Assembly: GCA_009914755.4 (NCBI GenBank)
Contig: CP086569.2
Location: 13,312,001 to 13,376,000, forward strand
From: the human T2T-CHM13v2.0 reference genome, Homo sapiens
Length of the DNA stretch: 64,000 nt
Reading direction: 5' to 3'
Under the pieces are notes generated by a model that saw only the letters and a list, made by a program, of their open reading frames with translations, did no database searches and was not told the origin of the DNA. Of this stretch, positions 55,201 through 64,000 are shown in pieces. Made by a program: the position numbers and the translations under genes. How positions within the stretch are numbered: position 1 is the first letter of the stretch; each line of letters opens with the position of its first letter.

Positions 55201-55799
55201 AATAAAATAGTAAAATAACATAGTATCAAATAAAATACTAAAATAAAGTAAAATAACATAGAATGAAATAAAATACTAAAATAAAAAAATAAAAATAAAT
55301 AAAAAATACTCATTACCTCCACTGTTGCCAGAATTGCTGGGGTTGAGGGCATGGCTTCAGCTTTGGGTAGATATCTGTTGGGAAACAACAGGATGATTTC
55401 AGAAAATAATGATATCTTTCGGGGAAATACCATCTATAAACAAGAATGCCAAAATACAGAAAAGGTGTAACCATCCATCGCTTTTAAGGAGCTTATTAAT
55501 CATGTAGACAATATTCACAATACCACCTCAGAGCTTACAATTAAAAAAATAAACTTCTATTTTTGTACCCTAAACTTACTCCCTTGGTCCTTTTGCAAGA
55601 AGTCCAAGGCTCTCTGAAATTAACAGGGCAGGAAGTGTGTTGTTGACCTTTCCCTGTTTAGGGCCATTACAAATGCCAGCATGGTTTATAGAAGTCACTC
55701 ACCAATATTAGGATGAAACATCTGACCTTTTGATAGTGTGTTATATTTCCATCTTGCTTGAGTTACACCCTTTCATTTGAATTTGTTTTGTTGTTGTTT

Positions 55800-56636
<837 letters not shown>

Positions 56637-56917
56637 TGAAATAATCAGTGCAAGCTCTTTGTACAACATGAGTCTGTATCTTCAGCACCTTTTTTGTCGC
56701 TGGACTAGAAACTTTATTTTCTGTACCCATTTTATATTCCTGGTACCTGGCACTGCCAGTACCTGGCAAGTGCTTATCCACATTGGCTCAAGAGTGAAAT
56801 TACTTTAATTCACAAAAAAGGCAAGGGTGCTGTTCTCAAAGTCCTTCCTCAGGACAGACGTCTCAGAACACTGGAAATCTAGGCTGAGAATGACTAGTTT
56901 TTCACTTCTCAAAATAG

Positions 56918-57095
<178 letters not shown>

Positions 57096-57101
57096 ATTCT
57101 C

Positions 57102-57400
57102 TTTTTTTGTTGTTTTTTGAGACAGAGTCTTGCTCTGCTGCCCAGGCCGGAGTGCAGTAGTGCTATCTCAGCTCACTGCCACTACCACCTCCCGGATTCA
57201 AGCAATTCTCCTGCCTCAGCCTCTTGAGTGGCTGGCATTACAGGTATGCACCACCATGCCCAGCTAATTTTTGTATTTTTAGGAGAGTCAGGGTTTCACC
57301 ATGTTGGCCAGGCTCGTGTTGAAATCCTGACTTCAGATGATCCACCCACTTCAGCCTCTGAAAGGGCTGGGATTACAGACGTGAGCCACAACACCCAGTC
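57102..57400 (-). mobile_element. Alu SINE
   Basis: ttttttgttgttttttgagacagagtcttgctctgctgcccaggccggagtgcagtagtgctatctcagctcactgccactaccacctcccggattcaagc ... ggctgggattacagacgtgagccacaacacccagtc. Confidence 0.92.
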
Positions 57401-57689
57401 TAGACTCTCTTTTGAAGTCTCTAAAATGATACAAATGTGGGAAATTATGGAAACTTGGGGGCCAAAGAGAGAGTGGGGATGGGACACAAGGGAGCTTTGG
57501 TTTCCAGGCCAGAAGGCACTGCCCAGAGCTCATGAGCTGCATATTGGTGGCTTGGTTCAGGAAGTCTCTTGGTACCTCACTTTAAGGTCAGTCCTCCCTC
57601 AAAATGCCTTCTTCTGTGAGCTTCCCTCCTCCATTCACACACAGAATCACCAACTGCATTGATTCCTGGGCTTACTGCTGAGGCCTTTC

Positions 57690-58060
57690 TCCTTGGCTTG
57701 TAGACACCATCTTCTCCGTGTGTCCTCACAGGGTCGTCCCTCTGTGTGTGTCTGTGTCCTCATCTCCTCTTCGTATGAGGTGTCTTAGTCCATTTCAGGC
57801 TGCTATCACAGAATACTATAGACTGGGAGGCTTGTAAACAATAGAGATTGATTCTCCGGAAGTCCTGGAGGCTAGGAGTCTGAGATCAAGGTGTGAGCTG
57901 GTCTGGCCTCCTAAGGCCTCTCTCCTGGGCTTGTAGATGCCGTCTTCTCCCTGTGTCTTCATATAATCTTTCCTCTGTGTGTGTCTATATCCTCATCTCT
58001 TCTTATTAGGATACCAGTCCTATTGGGTCAGGACCCACTCTAGTGACCTTATTTTACCTT
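57690..58060 (+). mobile_element. MaLR-type LTR (TGT...ACA) with a short upstream partial duplicate
   Basis: ...tgtcttagtccatttcaggctgctatcacagaatactatagactgggaggcttgtaaacaatagagattgattctccggaagtcctggaggctaggagtctgagatcaaggtgtgagc...cttattaggataccagtcctattgggtcaggacccactctagtgaccttattttaccttaatctcctccttaaagaccctgtctccaaagacaatcatattctgaggaaactgggagttaggacttcacgctctgaatttgtggggagacttaatttatctcataaca; 57690-57790 repeats the ...cttggcttgtagacaccatcttctccgtgtgtcctcacagg... segment. Confidence 0.55.
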
Positions 58061-58255
58061 AATCTCCTCCTTAAAGACCCTGTCTCCAAAGACAATCATA
58101 TTCTGAGGAAACTGGGAGTTAGGACTTCACGCTCTGAATTTGTGGGGAGACTTAATTTATCTCATAACAGATTGCATCAAATGGAATCCTTGCCTGTCTT
58201 GCTACTTTTAAGACAACATGGAGCCAGACATGGTGGGTCACGCCGGTAATCCTAG

Positions 58256-58490
58256 TGTCAGGCCTCTGACCCCAAGCTAAGCCATCATATACATACAACA
58301 TATATGTATACATGTTACCTGCATGTATACATCCAGATGGCCTAAAGTAACTGAAGAATAACAAAAGAAGTGAAAATGGCCTGTTTGTGCCTTAACTGAT
58401 GGCATTCCACCACAAAAGAAGTGAAAATGGCCAGTCCCTGCCTTAACTGATGACACTACCTTGTAAAATTCCTTCTCCTGGCTCAAAGGC
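58256..58490 (+). mobile_element. LTR7 (HERV-H solo LTR), 5' portion, interrupted by the HERV-K LTR
   Basis: tgtcaggcctctgaccccaagctaagccatcatat...tacatccagatggcctaaagtaactgaagaataacaaaagaagtgaaaatggcctgtttgtgccttaactgatg...ccttaactgatgacactaccttgtaaaattccttctcctggctcaaaggc matches the LTR7 consensus start (tgtcaggcctctgagcccaagctaagccatcatatcccctgtgacctgcacgtatacatccagatggcctgaagtaactgaagaatcacaaaagaagtgaaaatggcc...). Confidence 0.8.
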
Positions 58491-59458
58491 TGAAGGGGTG
58501 GGTTGCCCCTCCACACCTCTGGGTGCTTCTCCTTAGGTGGAATGAGAGACTTGGAAAAGAAAAAGACACAGAGACAAAGTATAGAGAAAGAAATAGGGGG
58601 ACCCAGGGAACCAGTGTTCAGCATATGGAGGATCCCACCAGCCTCTGAGTTCCCTTAGTATTTATTGATCGTTCTTGGGTGTTTCTCAGAGAGGGGGATG
58701 TGGCAGGGTCATAGGATAATAGTGGAGAGAAGGTCAGCAGATAAACACGTGAACAAAGTTCTCTGCATCATAGATAAGGTAAAGAATTAAGTGCTGTGCT
58801 TTAGATATGCATACACATAAACATCTCAATGCCTTACAGAGCAGTATTGTTGCCCGCATGTCCCACCTCCAGCCCTAAGGCGGTTTTCCCCTATCTCAGT
58901 AGATGGAACATACAATCGGGTTTTATACTGAGACATTCCATTGCCCAGGGACGAGAAAGAGACAGATGCCTTCCTCTTGTCTCAACTGCAAAGAGGCATT
59001 CCTTCCTCTTATACTAATCCAATTCAGCAAAGACCCTTTACGGGTGTTGGGCTGCGGGACGGTCAGGTCTTTCCCTTCCCACAAGGCCATATTTCAGACT
59101 ATCACATGGAGAGAAACCTTGGACAATACCTGGCTTTCCTAGGCAGAGGTCCCTGCGGCCTTCCGCAGTGTTTGTGTCCTTGGGTACTTGAGATTAGGGA
59201 GTGGTGAAGACTCTTAACGAGCATGCTGCCTTCAAGCATCTGTTTAACAAAGCACATCTTGCACCGCCCTTAATCCATTTAACGCTGAGTGGACACAGCA
59301 CATGTTTCAGAGAGCACAGGATTGGGGGTAAGGTTATAGATTAACAGCATCTCAAGGCAGAAGAGTTTTTCTTAGTACAGAACAATGTGGAGTCTCCTAT
59401 GTCTACTTCTTTCTACACAGACACAGTAACAATCTGATCTCTCTCTCTTTTCCCCACA
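58491..59458 (-). mobile_element. HERV-K (HML-2) LTR5 solo LTR, antisense, nested within LTR7
   Basis: Reverse complement of the LTR5 consensus end to end: tgaaggggtgggttgcccctccacacctctgggtgcttctccttaggtggaatgagagacttggaaaagaaaaagacacagagacaaagtatagagaaagaaatagggggacccagggaaccagtgttcagcatatggaggatcccaccagcctctgagttcccttagtatttattgatc...gggacgagaaagagacagatgccttcctcttgtctcaactgcaaagaggcattccttcctctt...cctaggcagaggtccctgcggccttccgcagtgtttgtgtccttgggtacttgagattagggagtggtgaagactcttaacgagcatgctgcc...gtctacttctttctacacagacacagtaacaatctgatctctctctcttttccccaca (the last segment is the reverse complement of tgtggggaaaagagagag...). ~968 bp. Confidence 0.85.
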
Positions 59459-59685
59459 AGACTCCCCCACTGAGCACCTTGTGACCCCCGCCCCTGCCAG
59501 AGAACAACCCCCTTTGACTGTAATTTTCCTTTACCTACCCAAATCCTATAAAACGGCCCCACCCCTATCTCCCTTTGCTAACTCTCTTTTCGGACTCAGC
59601 CCACCTGCACCCAGGTGAAATAAACAGCCTTGTTGCTTACACAAAGCCTGTTTGGTGGTCTCTTCACATGGATGTGAGTGAAACC
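59459..59685 (+). mobile_element. LTR7 (HERV-H solo LTR), 3' portion (U3 end / R with TATAAAA and AATAAA)
   Basis: agactcccccactgagcaccttgtgacccccgcccctgccagagaacaaccccctttgactgtaattttcctttacctacccaaatcctataaaacggccccacccctatctccctttgctaactctcttttcggactcagcccacctgcacccaggtgaaataaacagccttgttgcttacacaaagcctgtttggtggtctcttcacatggatgtgagtgaaacc is a near-exact match to the LTR7 consensus 3' end. Confidence 0.85.
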
Positions 59686-59687
59686 TA

Positions 59688-59962
59688 GCATTCTGGGAGG
59701 CCAAGAGGGGGTTGGATCATGAAGTCAGGAGTTTGAGACCATCCTGGTCAACATGGTGGAACCCGTCTCAACCGAAAATACAAAAATCAGCTGGGCATGG
59801 TGTCGCATGCCTGTAATTTCAGTTACTTGGGAAGCTGAGGAAGGAAAACCACTTGAACCTAGGAGGTGGAGGTTACAGCGACCTAAGATCATGACATCAT
59901 GCCATTACACTCCAGCCTAGGCAATAGAGTGAGACTCAGTCTGAAAAAAAGAAAAAAAAAAA
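59688..59962 (+). mobile_element. Alu SINE (5'-truncated) abutting the end of LTR7
   Basis: tagcattctgggaggccaagagggggttggatcatgaagtcaggagtttgagaccatcctggtcaacatggtggaacccgtctcaaccgaaaatacaaaaatcagctgggcatggtg ... atagagtgagactcagtctgaaaaaaagaaaaaaaaaaaa. Confidence 0.88.
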
Positions 59963-60834
59963 ACATGGATAGGAGCTGTTGTGGTCAGAGAAAAGAATCG
60001 GTAAACAATGCTGACATCTCTCAAAGGGACAAGCACAGACATGAGAAGCAGAGTCAACAGTTGGGCTGAGAAATGCCTCAGGGACTCAGGGAAGCCAAGA
60101 AAAATGTGCTGAATTTCAAAGGACACAGAGAGAATCTTGGGTTCCTCCAGATCAAATTCTAAGGGAAAGAGACCACTGGGCTCCAAGCATGCCCGGAGTC
60201 ATCCTGAGAAAGCTGGTTGGTGTGTGGTGAATACTTATAAATCCCCCAGCCACCTGTCAAGTCACTGGAGGAAGAATAAGAAAGAGAACATGGAAAGGCC
60301 TAGAACATTCCATCTCTGGGGTCTTCCCAATGTTGCCCATAAGCGATTGCCTTCGTTGTCTGAGAGAACGTTCCACCCCGTATTGAAGGGACTTTACACA
60401 TTACTTTCTAGGGCACTTCTTCCTTCTCAACATACACATTTGAGAACCTAGGCTAGCCTAGGCTCATTTGGGATATCCTGGGCAGGAACACTGGTTAAGG
60501 GGAATTTCTGCTCATGTACCACAGTATCTGTAGCTATGTTCCAACCAGCTTCATGTTTCCTCTTCCTTGGGTGCGTAGGTTAAATTTGACCATTTCCTGT
60601 GCCAAATACTCCATGTTCTCATGTCCAATTATGAAAGGAAAATAATTATTTATCTTGGGACCCCAAAATATTAAGCCAAGGGAAAAATCAACCCAGAAAA
60701 AAAATGTCAGTCAGCCCTGCCTCCCATTTTCTTTCTAAATACGATAACTACAAAAAATAATTTTTTTTAAGTTTTTTAAAAGCTACATACTGTCCTCACA
60801 ACTTGAGTAGATTGTTTTGTTTACCCTAAAACAG

Positions 60835-61335
60835 TTCTGTGGAATTTCACCCTGGCAATGTACACTGATAGCTCATCTTCACGGGTGTGGGACAGAAAGT
60901 CATCCCCTCTGCTCCCCTGAGACACACATGTCTGATTTCTCCCTCTGCCCTATTATTGATGTAAAAATGCAGATTCACTGGGCCAGACTGAGGTATAAGT
61001 AACGATTCCTTTGCCCTGTCTCACATGTAAATTGAGTTATCAGTGAAAGCCCAATCAAGGACTTGGAAGAAGGCAACTAGTTGTCTCTTAACTTCCTATG
61101 ACCTGGAAGCCCCTGCTTCCGGTTGTCCCGCATTTCCAGATCGAACCAATGTACTTCTTATATATATTGATTGATATCTCATGTCTCCCTAAAATGTGTA
61201 AACCAAGCTGTGTCCTGAAGACTTTGAGCACTTGTCATCAGGACCTCCTGCGGCTGTGTCACGGGCATGTCCTTAACCTTGGCAAAATAAACTTTGTAAA
61301 CTGATTGAGACCTGTCTCAGATATTTTGGATTCAC
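60835..61335 (+). mobile_element. ERV1-class solo LTR (most complete copy of the 10500 / 47151 family)
   Basis: ctgtggaatttcaccctggcaatgtacactgatagctcatcttcacgggtgtgg...gattcactgggccagactgaggtataagtaacg...tgatatctcatgtctccctaaaatgtgtaaaccaagctgtgtcc...gcatgtccttaaccttggcaaaataaactttgtaaactgattgagacctgtctcagatattttggattcacac. Confidence 0.6.
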
Positions 61336-61629
61336 ACGGTATTAATTAATAATTCAGGACTGCCATGTTAAAGGCATCAGCGTGGCTGGATTTAAGCACA
61401 ACATGAAAAACCAAAGTCGGAAAGGAAGCCTCCTCTTTGTCAAGGCAAGCATCAGGAGATTGAGGCTTGAGTCATGGGGGGTCACCTCCCCAGCCTGAGC
61501 CTCTCTTCCCCTACTCCTCCTCCTACTGGGGTTCATGAGTCACTTTGCTGTGGAAGGAGGTGAGTGTTCAGACTCTGAAGATGCCCTTCCTTAAAAGATC
61601 TTGCATTTTAAGCTTTCTTTTCTTTTCTT

Positions 61630-61892
61630 TCTTTTTTTAAGACAAAGTCTCTCTCTGTCCCCCAGACCTGGAGTGCAGTGGTGCCATCTCAGCTTGCTAC
61701 AACCTCTGCCTCCAGGTTCTCAGCCTTCTGAGTTGCTGCAAATACATACCAAGACTAATTTTTGTATTTTTCGTAGAGATGGGGTTTCACCATGTTGGCC
61801 AGGCTGGTCTTGAACTCCTGACCTCAGGTGATCCAACCGCCTTGCTCTACCAAAGTACTGGGATTACAGGCATAAGCCACCATGCCCAGCTG
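61630..61892 (-). mobile_element. Alu SINE
   Basis: aagacaaagtctctctctgtcccccagacctggagtgcagtggtgccatctcagcttgctacaacctctgcctccaggttc ... actgggattacaggcataagccaccatgcccagc. Confidence 0.88.
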
Positions 61893-62179
61893 AACTATGC
61901 ATTTTAAGTCCTGATGAATTCTCTGGGAGGGAAGTCCAAGGTAGTCTGTTTAACCAGGCATTTCCCAAGTCTGTTTCAGCAAGAAACACGTTCCCTGTGG
62001 AATTCCCATGACTGCCTTGCAACATAGCCATGACCTATGGGACAATGGTTTTTAAAAGACTAGGAGGAAATAGTAGGAGAAAAAAGTTGGGTGGTATTTG
62101 GGATTTTCATCGTGAAGTGGGGGGATAAAAGAAAGACTAGCTGGCTCAACCAATACAGTTAAGGGTGAGGTGGTGTTTT

Positions 62180-62222
62180 GGGGTTTTGTTTTGTTTTGGT
62201 TTGTTTTGTTTTGTTTTGTTTT
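62180..62222. repeat. (GTTTT)n microsatellite at the Alu poly-T
   Basis: ggggttttgttttgttttggtttgttttgttttgttttgtttttt. Confidence 0.95.
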
Positions 62223-62223
62223 T

Positions 62224-62504
62224 TGAGACAAGCCTCATTCTGTTGCCCAGGCTGGAGTGCAGTGGAGCAATCTTGGCCCACTGTAACCACCCTTTCCTGA
62301 GTTCAAGCGATTTTCATGTCTTAGCCTCCTAAGTAGCTGGGATTATAGGTATGTGCCACCATGCCCAACTAATTTTTGTATTTTTGGTAGAGACGGGGTT
62401 TTGCCATATTGGCCAGACTGGTCTCGAACTCCTGACTTCAGGTGATCCACCCGCCTTGGCCTCCCAAAGTGCTGGGATTCCAGGCATGAGCCCCTGCACC
62501 TGGC
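62224..62504 (-). mobile_element. Alu SINE
   Basis: gagacaagcctcattctgttgcccaggctggagtgcagtggagcaatcttggcccactgtaaccaccc ... gtgctgggattccaggcatgagcccctgcacctggcc. Confidence 0.9.
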
Positions 62505-63116
62505 CTGAGGTGTTGTTTTTCAAGTGGGTGTCATCTCCCTTGGGTCTTGGTCTCTATTTTTAATGATTCCTTGTAAGAGGAGATAATTTCCATCCATCTG
62601 GATGTGCTGTTTCTGCATCATATGGACATGCTGTTAAGCTGTGAAAGTTTAAAACCAGAACAAGCTACCAGGAAGCTTCCAGAACACCTCTTGACTTAGC
62701 CAGCTTCACGCTGCTCTGCCTGGCAAATATTTAAGTTTTTAAGGTTATTGAACTGCTGGTAACATTAACGGCCAGAATCTTTCTCTTCCTTTCTTCTTTC
62801 CCCTTTCTTTTCTCTCTTTCTCTTTCTGTCTCTCCACCCCAACCCTGCTTCTCTCTTGCTCACTTTCTTTTTTTGACTTGCATATTTTTCAACGATGAAA
62901 GTAATAAATCTGCGGAAAAAAGTGTCTGCCAGATGTTACAAAAAATGGAGAGAAACCAACTCTAAAACACATGAAAATGCACAGCACACTTGGGGTTTCA
63001 TGAATGGTCAAGCCAAAGGTATTTGGAGCACTGAAAACAAGTGAGAAAAAAGACTTGTCTCTCAGCCTGATTAGCTTTCTGTGATGATAACATAAAGTGT
63101 CCTTTGAGTATAAAGC

Positions 63117-63802
63117 CACCTTTGTGAAAATTATGACTGAGGAAATGATGACAGTGAAAGAGGTCAGACCTAACCAACTCCATCTTGCTTCTAACCTTTT
63201 AAGTTGTCCTTGTTCTTTCCTGGGTGTGGGCCAAACTAGCCTTGGGAAGGAGTTTAGTTCATGGTTTAACTCTGAAACAAAATTGATAATAATCCTTTCC
63301 TTAAAAGAACACTTCCTTGCTTGGGGACCAGTCTGCCTTTGCAAATTAGCTACAAGATTAGAAATTTCAGTTTAGGGGTCATGCAGCCTCTGGCTCCAAG
63401 AGTCTGAACCTCCCCAAGTTTCTCCTGGGGGTAACATCACTATTGTAAAGCCTAAGATCAGAACTTGAGATATTTTGCAGACCCTGCACTGGATGGATTA
63501 GCTAGCAACACCCAGACCTGTATTCTGGCTCTATCAGCTCTGCTATCCACCCAGAAGAGAAGACAGCAAGAAATCCTGACTTCAACCCCCTATGATTCCA
63601 TTTCTAACTTGACCAATCAGCACTCCCCACTTCCCAAGCCCGTACCCACCAAATTATCCTTAAAATCTCTGGTCTCTGAATGCCTGGGGAGACTTATTTG
63701 AGTAATAATAAAACTACAGACTCCCTTGGAGCCAGCTCTGCCTGGATTACTCTTTCTCCATTACAATTCCCCTATCTTGATAAATCAGCTCTGTCTAGGC
63801 AG
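63117..63802 (+). mobile_element. ERV solo LTR, copy 3 of the 42949 / 44281 family
   Basis: ccacctttgtgaaaattatgactgaggaaatgatgacagtgaaagaggtcagacctaaccaactccatcttgcttctaacc...gattagaaatttcagtttaggggtcatgcagcctctggctccaagagtctgaacc...cttgaccaatcagcactccccacttcccaagcccgtacccaccaaattatccttaaaatctctggtctctgaatgcctggggagacttatttgagtaataataaaactacagac...ctctttctccattacaattcccctatcttgataaatcagctctgtctaggcag. Confidence 0.7.
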
Positions 63803-64000
63803 CCTACAAAGTGAAGAAATTGGGTGGTTACAAGTATGCCATAGTGGTTTCAGATATCAAAGAAAAGGGAAAATATGATTGTTTCTCTCTACTGAACTTT
63901 CTTGCTACCCCCAAGTGAGGAAGGAAACTACATTTCCAGTAAGGTAGCTATTACACACATGTATTTCAAATGCAGCCAGGCTAAACCTGCTAGCAAATAA

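Overview
This window reads as primate (human-like) nuclear DNA from a repeat-dense, gene-poor intergenic or intronic region. I found no convincing protein-coding exon, tRNA or rRNA. Almost every ORF in the supplied six-frame track sits inside a repeat: Alu, SVA VNTR, microsatellite, GC-rich CpG island or satellite. I treat those ORFs as translation artifacts. The window is a mosaic of repeats: (1) more than 45 Alu SINEs in both orientations, including nested and composite insertions with readable target-site duplications; (2) LINE-1 3' fragments (27565-28500 minus, 46945-47930 plus, tandem-duplicated old L1 3' ends at 5560-6190 and 32440-32830); (3) a full-length SVA on the minus strand (48202-50135) with a ~25-copy, ~38-bp VNTR; (4) a solo HERV-H LTR7 (plus) split by a nested HERV-K (HML-2) LTR5 (minus) at 58256-59685; (5) several ERV1-type and MaLR-type solo LTRs, some locally duplicated; (6) DNA-transposon fossils (an 80-bp MADE1 MITE, Tigger-like elements); (7) large simple or satellite arrays: ~800 bp (TCTA/TCCA)n at 4280-5082 and the inverse (GATA/GATG)n at 19832-20535, a ~1.3 kb GAATG-derived satellite (17600-18885), a ~1.1 kb CACATG-rich array (39080-40150), and a ~1.6 kb AT-rich TATATGTA-type block (52545-54160). 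The only candidate regulatory feature is a ~1.6 kb CpG island (15940-17560) with extreme C-over-G strand asymmetry, lying directly against the GAATG satellite. No prokaryotic-style system (CRISPR, operon) is present. Repeat family names come from memory of consensus sequences and should be confirmed with RepeatMasker or Dfam.
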